NCBI RefSeq assembly: GCF_005696695.1
Contig: NZ_CP040006.1
Location: 1,680,001-1,712,000, forward strand
DNA length: 32,000 nucleotides
Source of the DNA: Schaalia odontolytica
GTDB taxonomy: Bacteria; Actinomycetota; Actinomycetes; Actinomycetales; Actinomycetaceae
Direction of reading: 5' to 3'
Shown: positions 1 to 9,146 of the stretch, piece by piece
Numbering within the stretch: the stretch's first letter is position 1
Layout of the letters: each line of letters starts with the position of its first letter
Notes under the pieces: generated by a model
What the model was told of the DNA's origin: nothing
The model's database searches: none
The model's input: only the letters and a program-made list of their open reading frames with translations
Program-made: the position numbers and the translations under genes

Positions 1-7
1 GTTCGGC

Positions 8-346
8 GTGCCGAAGAAGAAGCGCTTCAATTGGCCGACGATCACGAAGCGCTGGTGGAAGATGTGGGGCGAGTCGCCGCTATCTGCCGAGTACACCGAA
101 ACCGACTGGGCGTTCCTCATGGACACGGCTTATCTACATGCCCTGTATTGGAAGGGCGACTTCAAGGTCGCAGCAGAGCTTCGTCTGCGCGTCGCTAAGT
201 TCGGTGCAACGCCCGAGGACCGCGCGCGACTGCGGATCCAGTTCGCCGTCGCGGACGGCCTGGAAGATGACGGCCCATCCGCTGAGGCATCGCCGGTCTC
301 ATCGAGGTCGAGGAGGCGAAAGACAGTCCTCAAGGCGGTGCAGTAA
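8..346 (+). CDS. terS: Terminase small subunit (start may lie upstream of the window)
   Basis: 112-aa ORF overlapping the large terminase start (TAATG). It has a basic N-terminus (MPKKKRF), a W-rich segment (WWKMWGESP) and LRVAKFGATPEDRARL, which is typical of actinophage TerS. The frame is open back to base 2. Confidence 0.6.
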   Translation: MPKKKRFNWPTITKRWWKMWGESPLSAEYTETDWAFLMDTAYLHALYWKGDFKVAAELRLRVAKFGATPEDRARLRIQFAVADGLEDDGPSAEASPVSSRSRRRKTVLKAVQ

Positions 347-2016
347 TGCCCTGGCAGCCAATCGACGAAGAGGACGAGTTTCCCACGCTCGGCTATGACG
401 TCGCCGACTGGATGACCGCGTTCCTGCTGACGCCGGACAAGGACGAGATGATCCCGTTCGTGCCGACGCAGGAGCAGCTCGACTTCCTCGTCCATGTGTA
501 CGAGCTGGACCCGCAGACAGGGCGCCGACTCAAGCAGCGCGCCGTCCTCTCGCGCCCCCGTGGCTGGGGCAAGTCCCCGTTCCTCGCAGCGATCTGCTGC
601 GCCGAAGCGATGGGGCCTGTCCTGTGCGACGGGTGGGATGCGGAAGGCCAGCCGGTCGGTGTACCGTGGTCGACGCGGCGAACGCCGCTCGTGCAGGTCA
701 CGGCAACGACGGACGATCAGACGGCGAACACATGGGATCCGCTCCTGGAGATGCTTCGCGGCTCGCCAGCTGAGGACGAGTACGGCATCGACCCGATGGA
801 TAGCTTCGTCGCTCTGCGGCGTGGGCGTATCGAGAAGCGCACGTCCTCGGCAACCTCCGTCAAGGGCGCGAAAGCAGTTATGGCCGTGATGGACCAGACG
901 GAGACTTGGCTACCCGGAAACGGCGGGCCGAAGCTCGCAAAGACGCTACGGTCCAACGCGGACAAGCTCGGCGGTTTGACGATCGAGACACCGAACGCCT
1001 TCACGATCGGCGAGCGGTCGGTCGCAGAGAACACGGCACGGTTCTATGAGCTGGTGAAGGCCGGGAAGGTCAAGAAGGAAGCCTCACGAGGTCTCTACTA
1101 CGACCACCGGCAGGCGCCGCTCGACACGGACATCACGGACCGGGAATCTCTCATCGAGGGCCTGCGGATCGCCTACGGCGACTCGGCTCGGGATCCGCGC
1201 GGCTGCGCGATCCACGATCCAGAGTGCGAGCCCGGCTGGGTGGACCTCGAGCGCATCGCAGATTCGTTCTGGCACCCGGATAACGATCCGGCGGACATGT
1301 GCGCCGACTTCCTCAACCAGATCAACAGCGCGTCCGACGCCTGGCTCACAATGCCGGAGCTTCGCGCGATCGAGGACCACGGTAAGACGATCTCGTCAAC
1401 AGAGCCGATCACGCTAGGTTTCGACGGGTCGGAAGGACGCAAGATCGGCATCGCCGACGCGACCGTCCTGATCGGCTACTCGATCACGCAGAAGCATCTG
1501 TTCAAGGTGGGTATCTGGACGCAGCCGGACGGCCCTGCGGGTGAGGGGTGGCAACCGCCGCGCCTGGAGATCGAGCAGACCGTGCGCGACGCTTTCGAGC
1601 GATACAACGTCGTCGGCTTCTACGCCGACCCGTCGGCAGGTTGGGCGCAAGACGTTAAGACCTGGGAGGCGAAGTATTCGCGCCGACTGCGGGCAAAGAT
1701 CAGCGCTGCGGAGCCGATCCGCTATCCGCAGCGCAACGTCTCTCAGACGTGCGAGAACTTCGCGCAGCTGCTCTCAGCGATCCACCAAGGACTCATCACC
1801 TACGACGGAGACCCGACGATGACCGCGCACTTCCTCAACGCGAGGAAGTCACCGAGACAGGCCGGATACGTGCTCGTCAAGCCCGCCGACGATCAGGACT
1901 ACTCCAAGATCGACGCGACCTGGGGCGCGATGTTCGCCTATAAGGCTGGCCTTGACGCGGTCGGTAAGGGCGCGGCCAGGCCGACGGCACGCCGCGCTCC
2001 GCGACGACTCTACTAA
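346..2016 (+). CDS. terL: Terminase large subunit
   Basis: 556 aa with a Walker A-like RPRGWGKSPF and a Walker B-like VMAVMDQTE. The C-terminal half is nuclease-like. It sits between TerS and the portal. Confidence 0.9.
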   Translation: MPWQPIDEEDEFPTLGYDVADWMTAFLLTPDKDEMIPFVPTQEQLDFLVHVYELDPQTGRRLKQRAVLSRPRGWGKSPFLAAICCAEAMGPVLCDGWDAEGQPVGVPWSTRRTPLVQVTATTDDQTANTWDPLLEMLRGSPAEDEYGIDPMDSFVALRRGRIEKRTSSATSVKGAKAVMAVMDQTETWLPGNGGPKLAKTLRSNADKLGGLTIETPNAFTIGERSVAENTARFYELVKAGKVKKEASRGLYYDHRQAPLDTDITDRESLIEGLRIAYGDSARDPRGCAIHDPECEPGWVDLERIADSFWHPDNDPADMCADFLNQINSASDAWLTMPELRAIEDHGKTISSTEPITLGFDGSEGRKIGIADATVLIGYSITQKHLFKVGIWTQPDGPAGEGWQPPRLEIEQTVRDAFERYNVVGFYADPSAGWAQDVKTWEAKYSRRLRAKISAAEPIRYPQRNVSQTCENFAQLLSAIHQGLITYDGDPTMTAHFLNARKSPRQAGYVLVKPADDQDYSKIDATWGAMFAYKAGLDAVGKGAARPTARRAPRRLY

Positions 2017-2046
2017 CAAACGCACTGGGGAAGGAGGCCCCACCTC

Positions 2047-3615
2047 ATGACCAAGACCCCCGAGGAGTGGCTCTCCTACCTCACCGCAAAGATGGACAAG
2101 GAGTGCACCAGGACAGACCTGCTGCGCTCCTACACCAACGGCACAAGTCCCCTACCGGAGATGGGGCCGAACCTGGCGAAAGCCTGGATCAAGTTCCAGC
2201 GCCGCGCGCGCACGAGCCCCGGAAAGCTCGTCGTCGCCGCGCTCGTTGACCGACTCATCCCGAACGGCGTGACAGTCGGCGCGAGCGACAAGACGCCGGC
2301 AGCGCTGGCAGCAGCCAGGATCTGGCGAGACAACCGCCTCAAGGTCGCGTTCTCCGACGCGATCTGGGACGCCGCGACCCTCGGACGCGGATACCTCCTC
2401 GTCACCCAAGACGAGGACGGGCACGCCTGCGTGACCTACGAACGGCCTGAGCACATGTACGTGGAGCCGGATCCGGTCCGGCCCTGGCGTGCGCTCGCGG
2501 CTGTGAAGGTCTGGCGCGACTCCGCGGCGGGCATCGATCATCTGGTGATGTGGACGCCAGGGAAGCGCACCTCGTTCTCTCGCTCTGCCTACAGCGACTC
2601 GAAGGCCCTGATCTCGACGGTCTCCTCTGGGTGGCGGCAGGACGAGGGCGGCGAGCAGGCGTTCGAGGGCGCACCGCCCGTCGTCGTCCTGGAGAACCGT
2701 TTCGGCGAGGGTGAGTTCGAGAACGTCCTCGACCTGATCGACCGAATCAACTGGCAGACGCTGCAGCGTCTCGTCATTATCTCGATGCAGGCTTTCCGGC
2801 AGCGTGCGCTCAAGAGCGCCGAAGGGTCGGCGGGCCTGCCCGCTGAGGACGAGGCCGGGAACGAGATCGACTACCAGAAGGTGTTCGAGCCGTCGCCCGC
2901 CGCCCTCTGGGAGCTGCCTCCCGGCGTCGAAATATGGGAGTCCTCCCAGACGCAGATCACCGAGATCCTCAACGCCACGAAGGACGACTGGCGAGAGCTA
3001 GCGGTCGAGACCTCGACCCCGCTGTCGATCATGCTGCCCGACTCGGCAAACCAGTCAGCCTCGGGCGCCGAGCAGCCACAGAAGGCGCTCCTGTCCAAGG
3101 CTGAGGACCGGATCGAGCGATTCAAGCCGGCACTGGCCTACCTCATGGTTCGCGCGCTCGCGGTCGAGGGCATCGACCTTGACGAGACTGAAACCGTCGA
3201 GGTGTTGTTCGTGCCTCCGCACGCCGTTTCCCTCACGGAGAAGTACGCCGCAGCCGTGCAGGCCCGCAACGCTGGCGAAGCGTTGGAGACGATCCAGCGG
3301 AATATCCTCGGCTACTCGCCGGAACAGATCGCGCAGGACAAGCAGCGCCGGGCAGAAGAGCAGCTGGCTCTCGCGTTCGCCCTGCAGGACAACCCCAAGC
3401 CGACCGATGAGGCGCAGCCTCCGGTCACGGGGGGGGATCCGTCTGAACTGAAAACCAAGTTCGACGCGCTCGGTACCGCGATCCGCGCGGGCGTTGCCCC
3501 GCAGTCAGCGGCTCAGGTCGTCGGCCTCGACGGAATCAAGTTCACAGGCGCAGTGCCCGTCGCCCTGCGTCTGCCTGAGACGCAGTCAGCAGACCTTGAG
3601 GAGAAGCGAGCATGA
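2047..3615 (+). CDS. Portal protein
   Basis: 522 aa, directly after TerL with RBS GGAAGGAGG upstream. It overlaps the MuF-like gene (ATGA). Size and position fit SPP1 gp6-type portals. Confidence 0.8.
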   Translation: MTKTPEEWLSYLTAKMDKECTRTDLLRSYTNGTSPLPEMGPNLAKAWIKFQRRARTSPGKLVVAALVDRLIPNGVTVGASDKTPAALAAARIWRDNRLKVAFSDAIWDAATLGRGYLLVTQDEDGHACVTYERPEHMYVEPDPVRPWRALAAVKVWRDSAAGIDHLVMWTPGKRTSFSRSAYSDSKALISTVSSGWRQDEGGEQAFEGAPPVVVLENRFGEGEFENVLDLIDRINWQTLQRLVIISMQAFRQRALKSAEGSAGLPAEDEAGNEIDYQKVFEPSPAALWELPPGVEIWESSQTQITEILNATKDDWRELAVETSTPLSIMLPDSANQSASGAEQPQKALLSKAEDRIERFKPALAYLMVRALAVEGIDLDETETVEVLFVPPHAVSLTEKYAAAVQARNAGEALETIQRNILGYSPEQIAQDKQRRAEEQLALAFALQDNPKPTDEAQPPVTGGDPSELKTKFDALGTAIRAGVAPQSAAQVVGLDGIKFTGAVPVALRLPETQSADLEEKRA

Positions 3616-4421
3616 CGGACCTGGACGACCTCACGAGTGTCTACAGTTCCCAGGTCCACGCCGTGCGAACACAGATCACGAAGTTCGGCGAGGCCTACTG
3701 GGACTCCATGCCGAACTACCGGGCGAGCGCCGTCGAGGAGATGATCGACGCGCTCGTCCCCAGGGTCACCGCCGGTCAGCTCCGCATCGCGGATCTGACA
3801 CGCGCCTACCTCGCGCGCTGCGCCCACGAGCTCGGCTGGAAGCTCGTCGTCCCACAGCTCGACAAGGCTGACATTCTCGGCGCTCGCGGCGTCGATCCCC
3901 GGACGGTGTACCGCCGCCCTGCGGTCGACGTGTACAAAGCACTGTCTGACGGGAAGCCTGTAGAGCAGGCGGTCTCTGAGGGGCGCTTGCGTTTGACTCA
4001 GCTGATCGGCGGCGACGCTCAGCTCGCGAAGGTACACGCATCCCGCCAAGTGATGCGCGCCTACCCGGACACGGGCTCGTATTACCGGCGAGTGCTCACG
4101 GGCCGCGAGAACTGCGGCCTCTGCGTCGTCGCTTCGACGCAGCGCTACTACAAGGAAGATCTGCTCCCGATCCATCCGGGATGCGATTGCGACGTGCAGC
4201 CGCTGCCGCCCGGAGCGGCAGGCCAGCAGGTCATCGACGAGGACCGCCTGGAGCAGGTCCACAAGATCGCTGCCGAACGGCTCGGCGAAGCCGACCGAGG
4301 AGGCAGAACGCCCGACTACCGGAAGCTAATCCGAGTCGAGGCGCACGGGGAGTACGGCGCCACTTTGACGTGGGCAGAGCCGAAAGCCCCGAAGCAAAGC
4401 GGCACAGCGGATAAGGCGTAA
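3612..4421 (+). CDS. MuF-like / SPP1 gp7-like minor head (head morphogenesis) protein
   Basis: Motif NCGLCVVASTQRYYKEDLLPIHPGCDCDVQPLP matches the Cys/His signature of the Phage_Mu_F family. It lies immediately after the portal. Confidence 0.75.
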   Translation: MTDLDDLTSVYSSQVHAVRTQITKFGEAYWDSMPNYRASAVEEMIDALVPRVTAGQLRIADLTRAYLARCAHELGWKLVVPQLDKADILGARGVDPRTVYRRPAVDVYKALSDGKPVEQAVSEGRLRLTQLIGGDAQLAKVHASRQVMRAYPDTGSYYRRVLTGRENCGLCVVASTQRYYKEDLLPIHPGCDCDVQPLPPGAAGQQVIDEDRLEQVHKIAAERLGEADRGGRTPDYRKLIRVEAHGEYGATLTWAEPKAPKQSGTADKA

Positions 4422-4449
4422 CGCCTAAACGCACCGCCGCGCAATCAAG

Positions 4450-4480
4450 CCCCGCCGAGGCCGCAACGGCGCTCGCGGGG
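4450..4480 (+). terminator. Imperfect long stem-loop between the MuF-like and scaffold genes (terminator or processing site)
   Basis: CCCCGCCGAGGCCG-CAA-CGGCGCTCGCGGGG pairs over about 13 bp with two bulges. There is no U-tract. It lies in a 91-nt intergenic gap ahead of the scaffold/capsid genes. Confidence 0.3.
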
Positions 4481-4512
4481 GAGGCTACCCGAAACGGGAG
4501 GACTGATCGACC

Positions 4513-5094
4513 ATGAAGATTCACCTACACGAGCGCCCGCATCTGCGCTTCGCTGATTCCGTGGAAGCGCCTGCGGGCGGGGAAGCGGATGAGGCTCAGG
4601 TCTCGGAGGCTGCTGCCGAAACGGAGCAGGCGAAGGACTGGGAAGCCGAAGCGAAGAGGTGGAAGGCGCTCTCACGCCAGAACGAAGCGCGCGCGAAGGA
4701 AAACGCCGAGAAAGCTCGCTTGTTCGACGAGCACGAGGAGCAGGGCAAGACGGAGCTGCAGAAGGCTCTCGATAAGGCTGCGCAGGCTGAGGCCCGCGTG
4801 AAGGCCCTCGAAGTCCAGGCAGCGCGCGCTCAGGTCGCCGCGGCGAAGGGCGTGGACATGGAACTGCTGTCCGGCTCGACTCTGGAGGAGCTGGAAGCGT
4901 CTGCGGATCGTCTGCTGGCGTGGCGAGGAGCGCAGATCCCGAAGGGCGCCCCGGCGTCCGACGCGGGACATCGAGGTGAAGAGATCAGGTCGAGCAAGCA
5001 GCTCACACGCGAGGACCTCAAGACCATGAGTGCCGAGCAGATTAACCAGGCCCGTCGAGCGGGCCAACTCAACGACGTGATGGGCCTCGCCTGA
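4513..5094 (+). CDS. Capsid scaffolding protein
   Basis: 193 aa, rich in Ala/Glu/Lys/Gln and coiled-coil-like (EAEAKRWKALSRQNEARAKENAEKARL...). It lies directly upstream of the major capsid gene. Confidence 0.7.
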   Translation: MKIHLHERPHLRFADSVEAPAGGEADEAQVSEAAAETEQAKDWEAEAKRWKALSRQNEARAKENAEKARLFDEHEEQGKTELQKALDKAAQAEARVKALEVQAARAQVAAAKGVDMELLSGSTLEELEASADRLLAWRGAQIPKGAPASDAGHRGEEIRSSKQLTREDLKTMSAEQINQARRAGQLNDVMGLA

Positions 5095-5119
5095 CAGCGA
5101 GCCCGCGAAAGGAGCCACA

Positions 5120-5968
5120 ATGGCTAACACGAACTTCATCCCCGAAGTCTGGTCGGCCTCCATCCTGGAGAGCTTCCGTAACCAGGCTGTCCTGACCGGC
5201 CTGACGAACCGCGAGTACGAGGGCGCACTGACCTCCGGATCGAAGATCCACATCGCCGGCATCGTCGACGTCAAGGTCAAGGACTACAAGACCGGCGTCC
5301 TCCCCGCCGCGTCCGGCGGCGGCAAGCAGCCGCGCACGACCGCGCCCGACACGGTCGCCGACACGGGTATCGAGCTGGTCATCGATCAGGAGAAGTCCTT
5401 CGACTTCCTCGTCGATGACATCGACCGCGCACAGGCGAACAAGAGCTTCGACAAGTACACCGAGTCCGCCGGTATCGGCCTGGTCGAGGACGCGGAAGCC
5501 TTCCTCACCGGCCTGCTGTCCACGCAGGGCACGGCGGCAACGGGCATCGCAAACCCCACGGACTGGGCCTCTGCCTACAACGTCGCGCTGGCCCTGCGAG
5601 GCAAGCTCACCGACGCAAAGGTGCCGCAGGCAGGTCGCGTCCTGCTCGTGAACGCGAAGTTCGAGAACTTCCTGCTCTCCGACGGCTCGAAGCTCACGGC
5701 CTTCGACAAGGCCAACACGACCGACGGTCTGCGAGAAGCGATCATCGGTCGCCTCCTCGGCTTCGACGTCGTTGTCTCCCCGTGGATGGACAACACCAAG
5801 CCTATGGCGATCGGCCTGCACAAGCCCTCGGTTGCCTACGTCTCTCAGATCTCCAAGGTCGAGAGCATGCGCGCCGAGAACACCTTCGCCGACCGCGTCC
5901 GTGGCCTCCACGTGTACGGCGGCAAGGTGCTGCGCCCGACCGCCGTTCAGGTCTTTAAGGGGGTCTGA
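5120..5968 (+). CDS. Major capsid protein
   Basis: 282 aa following the scaffold gene, with strong RBS GAAAGGAG. The N-terminus is MANTNFIPEVWS. The position is conserved in siphovirus head modules. Confidence 0.8.
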   Translation: MANTNFIPEVWSASILESFRNQAVLTGLTNREYEGALTSGSKIHIAGIVDVKVKDYKTGVLPAASGGGKQPRTTAPDTVADTGIELVIDQEKSFDFLVDDIDRAQANKSFDKYTESAGIGLVEDAEAFLTGLLSTQGTAATGIANPTDWASAYNVALALRGKLTDAKVPQAGRVLLVNAKFENFLLSDGSKLTAFDKANTTDGLREAIIGRLLGFDVVVSPWMDNTKPMAIGLHKPSVAYVSQISKVESMRAENTFADRVRGLHVYGGKVLRPTAVQVFKGV

Positions 5969-6144
5969 TGCTCGTCCGTGGAACCAACGGCCTTGAGATC
6001 GAGGTCGAGGATCAGGTCGCAACCGCGATGATCGCCGCCGGCATCGTCGAGGCTGTCACAGACGGCACCGAGCCTGTCGAGGACATCGAGGCCGTCGAGG
6101 ACGTCGAGGATCCGGAGCCCGCTCCGGCCAAGACCAAGAAGTAG
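5968..6144 (+). CDS. Small acidic protein (58 aa, below the ORF-track cutoff)
   Basis: ATG overlaps the capsid stop (TGATG). It translates as MLVRGTNGLEIEVEDQVATAMIAAGIVEAVTDGTEPVEDIEAVEDVEDPEPAPAKTKK and fills the gap to the next gene exactly. Confidence 0.45.
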   Translation: MLVRGTNGLEIEVEDQVATAMIAAGIVEAVTDGTEPVEDIEAVEDVEDPEPAPAKTKK

Positions 6145-6152
6145 GAGGAGAG

Positions 6153-6734
6153 ATGACCGCCGCCCTACCGCTCGCATCCGTCTCAGACCTGGAAGCAGCA
6201 CTAGGCCGCGACCTCAACGAGACAGAGAAGCGCCGAGCGGAGTTCGTCCTCGACAAGCTCTCAGCAGCTTTCCGAGACCGAGCCCGCCAGACCTTCACCG
6301 TTGAGCAGTACACGCACCGACTCAAGGTCGACGGCGGCGGTCGTATCTTCCCCACTCGGACCCCGCTCCTCGCCGTCCAATCGGTAACCACAGACGACGG
6401 GACGCCGGTCGCCTGGCAACTCAGGCATGGCTTCGTCCAGGTCGACAAGCCAGCGTCCGACTTCCTCGTCGTCACCTACTCCGCCGGCCTCGACGAAGTC
6501 CCCGCCGCCGTCCGGCTCCAACTCGCCGACAGCGCGCGCCGCATCATGTCGATCGACGCCGCCGCCGCACATGGAGCCACGCAGGCCACGGACACGACCG
6601 GCCCGTTCACCCAGACCAGGCAGTACGCCAGCTGGGCAATCGGAGGCCAAGCCCTCCTATCCCCCGACGACCAGGCGCTCGCAGACACGTTCAGGCCGCG
6701 ACGCTCCGGCCATGTGTGGGTGATGGAAGCATGA
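6153..6734 (+). CDS. Head-tail connector (gp6-like adaptor)
   Basis: RBS GGAGGAG upstream. The N-terminus LASVSDLEAALGRDLNETEKRRAEFVLDKLSAAF is typical of gp6-like head-tail connectors. It lies after the capsid gene. Confidence 0.65.
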   Translation: MTAALPLASVSDLEAALGRDLNETEKRRAEFVLDKLSAAFRDRARQTFTVEQYTHRLKVDGGGRIFPTRTPLLAVQSVTTDDGTPVAWQLRHGFVQVDKPASDFLVVTYSAGLDEVPAAVRLQLADSARRIMSIDAAAAHGATQATDTTGPFTQTRQYASWAIGGQALLSPDDQALADTFRPRRSGHVWVMEA

Positions 6735-7069
6735 GCCGGGAGCCGATGGAAGAGTGGAGAACCCCGGTCCAGGTTGAGGGGAGCGTCAGCAGGAACGCCG
6801 ACGGCTTCCTAGTTGAAGGCAGTGGGCAGCGCCTGATCGGCGGCTGTCTCGTCGCCCCGGGAGCTTTCACGGTCCCAGGGCTGCTGACGTCGCCGACGTC
6901 GGAGCAGCCCGACGAGCAAGCGACGCTGTACGCGCCGCCGGGAACGTCGCTCAAGGTCGGCGACAAGATCACAATCCCTGCTGAGCACCCGCTCGGCGGG
7001 AAATGGCAAGTCGAGTCGCCGCCGTCGCCTTGGCCGAAAGGCGTCGCAGTCACCATCAACCGGAGGTGA
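6731..7069 (+). CDS. Head-tail joining / head closure protein
   Basis: The track ORF is 6716-7069. ATG 6731 overlaps the upstream stop (ATGA), so it is the likelier start. The protein is small (about 112 aa), as expected at this position. Confidence 0.55.
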   Translation: MSREPMEEWRTPVQVEGSVSRNADGFLVEGSGQRLIGGCLVAPGAFTVPGLLTSPTSEQPDEQATLYAPPGTSLKVGDKITIPAEHPLGGKWQVESPPSPWPKGVAVTINRR

Positions 7070-7073
7070 GCCA

Positions 7074-7421
7074 ATGGGGAACAACTTCCGCAGGGACTCA
7101 GCCGGCATCAAGGGCTTCCTACAAAGCGGCGCCCTCGCACCCGGACTCCACCAGGAAGCCGAACAGCTCAGGGCCGCTGCCGCCGCAGCCGCCCCGCGAG
7201 GCCTCACCGATAACCTCGCCGACTCATACAAGGCCGAAACGACTAAAGCACCGCTCAGACCGGGAGGCCCGGTCCGAGACGTTGGACGCGTCTACAACGA
7301 CGCACCACACGCGCTTGCTGTCGAGTTCGGCCACCGCTCCAGAACCGGGAAGCCGGTCCCCGGAGCACACACACTCCGAGCACTCCTCGGAACCAGATCT
7401 AAACGGAGGCGGTTCAAGTGA
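7074..7421 (+). CDS. HK97 gp10-like tail-completion/neck protein
   Basis: 115 aa. HALAVEFGH resembles the conserved core of the HK97 gp10 family. The position is syntenic. Confidence 0.6.
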   Translation: MGNNFRRDSAGIKGFLQSGALAPGLHQEAEQLRAAAAAAAPRGLTDNLADSYKAETTKAPLRPGGPVRDVGRVYNDAPHALAVEFGHRSRTGKPVPGAHTLRALLGTRSKRRRFK

Positions 7422-7810
7422 CCTACACAGACGCGGTCCAGGTCATCCGAGACGCAATCACCGCGGCGACCGGCATCCCGACCGCACGAGTCCTGCAGCC
7501 CGGCTTCACCGACGGGCCGCTTCCACTCGCACACGTCTCGCTCGTAAACGCCGACCCTGGCGAATACGACCGAGCCGACACGATCTCTGTCTCCATCTAC
7601 GCAAAGACCCCGGCCTCACCAGACGAAGTCGGAGCCGCCGCGCTCGCGGACCAGATCGAGGGGGCGCTCGCCGTCCGTCCGGTCGTCGGTGCGTCCGGCT
7701 GGGTAGATGAAGCAGAGGTCGAATCGACCCTGGGCGTGCAGCCGTACTTCGAGGCTGTCGAGGTCGTTCACATGACGATCACGGTCACGCACAGGCCCAT
7801 CTCAGAATGA
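7418..7810 (+). CDS. Tail terminator-position protein
   Basis: 130 aa. The GTG start overlaps the upstream stop (GTGA), with RBS ACGGAGG. It is the last gene before the major tail protein. Confidence 0.5.
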   Translation: MTYTDAVQVIRDAITAATGIPTARVLQPGFTDGPLPLAHVSLVNADPGEYDRADTISVSIYAKTPASPDEVGAAALADQIEGALAVRPVVGASGWVDEAEVESTLGVQPYFEAVEVVHMTITVTHRPISE

Positions 7811-7837
7811 CAACACCTGATTAGGAAGGGGTCTTGC

Positions 7838-8500
7838 ATGACCACCATCGAAGCTCTGAAGAAGAAGCACAACCGCACGACCAACGTCCGTAAGGGTCTG
7901 AACGCGCTGGCGTTCCTGGCACCGATGACGGCGACTGTCCCGGAGGCGATCACCGACGCCGGCGGCGCTCTCAAGGAAATCCCGACGGACTTCCTGCCGC
8001 TCGGCCTGATCTCGACCGACGGCATCACCAACTCCGCCGACGCGAACACGGAGGACGTGGAGGCCCTCGGCTATGCCGAGGCCGTCCGCACCGACCTCAC
8101 CAAGGCACCTAAGACCGTGAAGTTCACGGTCCTTGAGCCCATCCGTAAGACCATTCAGCAGCTGGTCTACGGCATCGACCTGTCGCAGACCAAGGCCTCC
8201 AAGACCACGGGCGAGATCGTTTTCGACGAGGCCGCGACCCCGGCTCTCGCCGAATACCGTCTCCTGATGGTCATGGCTGACGGTCCCGCCGCCGACGAGT
8301 GGATCGTCGGTCGCTGCTACCCGCGCGTGAAGCTCTCGTCCCTGCCGGACGAGAAGTGGGCAGCCAGCGACGCAATCCAGTTCGACCTGGAATTCTCGGC
8401 CTTTATGGACGAGACCGCCGGCACTTCCTGCCGTCACTACATCGGTGGATCCGGCGCGATCCGTCACCGCGACGTGATCGGCTTCGATCAGGCCAACTGA
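7838..8500 (+). CDS. Major tail protein
   Basis: 220 aa, upstream of the chaperone pair and tape measure. It is followed by a very strong hairpin, as is common for highly expressed tail tube genes. Confidence 0.75.
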   Translation: MTTIEALKKKHNRTTNVRKGLNALAFLAPMTATVPEAITDAGGALKEIPTDFLPLGLISTDGITNSADANTEDVEALGYAEAVRTDLTKAPKTVKFTVLEPIRKTIQQLVYGIDLSQTKASKTTGEIVFDEAATPALAEYRLLMVMADGPAADEWIVGRCYPRVKLSSLPDEKWAASDAIQFDLEFSAFMDETAGTSCRHYIGGSGAIRHRDVIGFDQAN

Positions 8501-8514
8501 CCTGCTCTCGATCT

Positions 8515-8551
8515 CGGGCGGGCCGGAGACGATCTCCCTCCGGCCCGCCCG
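8515..8551 (+). terminator. Strong stem-loop after the major tail gene (terminator/attenuator)
   Basis: A perfect 14-bp stem, CGGGCGGGCCGGAG (8515-8528) / CTCCGGCCCGCCCG (8538-8551), with a 9-nt loop. There is no clear U-tract. Confidence 0.6.
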
Positions 8552-8555
8552 TCCA

Positions 8556-8582
8556 CACCTCACGCATGGAGATCACCTCACG
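8556..8582 (+). repeat. Direct 9-mer repeat CACCTCACG x2
   Basis: Copies at 8556-8564 and 8574-8582, extended as CACCTCACGnAT. The second copy sits within GATCACCTC, which is identical to the conserved 3' tail of 16S rRNA. Confidence 0.6.
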
Positions 8583-8595
8583 GATAGGACCAAAG

Positions 8596-8772
8596 ATGAA
8601 GTTCCTCAAGACTGTCAAGACCGACGACGGCGACGAGATCAAGCTCGAGCGCGAGACCGACTCTGCGGTCGAGCAGAACCAGCTCATCTCTCAGGGATGG
8701 GAGCCCGCCGACGACTCGAAGGCCGACGTCGAGAAGCCGACGCTGCCCGCGCCGCCCACCTTCAACAAGTAA
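8596..8772 (+). CDS. Small hypothetical protein (58 aa)
   Basis: This is the internal ATG of track ORF 8299-8772. The upstream part of that ORF overlaps the major tail gene and the hairpin. Translation is MKFLKTVKTDDGDEIKLERE... and the RBS is weak. Confidence 0.4.
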   Translation: MKFLKTVKTDDGDEIKLERETDSAVEQNQLISQGWEPADDSKADVEKPTLPAPPTFNK

Positions 8773-8804
8773 CAACAATCCCGACAGATATCTAGGAGAT
8801 CAAT

Positions 8805-9146
8805 ATGTCTGACACCATCAAGCCTACCCTTACGTTCACCGCACTCGAGAAGATTGAGAAGTCCGCGACGCCGGAGCCGTTCACCTTCGGGATCGGGCAC
8901 ACGGTCATCAACTTCCCGGACCCGATGGGGCTCACGACCGAAGAGGCAGAAAAGTTCCTCACGGATATGTCTGAACTTCGCTCGCCGATCAAGGTCATGC
9001 GTCGTTGGCTTCCGAAGGACGATGCTGAGCTACTCATCAGCAAGCTCAGCTTCCGTCAGCTCACGCTGCTGCTCCGTCAGGCATCAACGCATTACAACGC
9101 CGCGTTCGGGGATGCGGGGGAAGGCAGCGCCTCTACGATCGGCTAA
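8805..9146 (+). CDS. Tail assembly chaperone (G-like, short product)
   Basis: 113 aa, immediately upstream of the tape measure, with RBS TAGGAG. It is paired with an ORF in the -1 frame that has no start codon of its own. Confidence 0.8.
   Translation: MSDTIKPTLTFTALEKIEKSATPEPFTFGIGHTVINFPDPMGLTTEEAEKFLTDMSELRSPIKVMRRWLPKDDAELLISKLSFRQLTLLLRQASTHYNAAFGDAGEGSASTIG

Noticed and set aside
7003-7710. 235-aa plus-strand ORF in an alternative frame across the head-tail connector genes.
   Set aside because: It is a Ser/Arg/Pro-rich low-complexity translation that overlaps three syntenic, translationally coupled genes (6731-7069, 7074-7421, 7418-7810). It is most likely a frame artefact.
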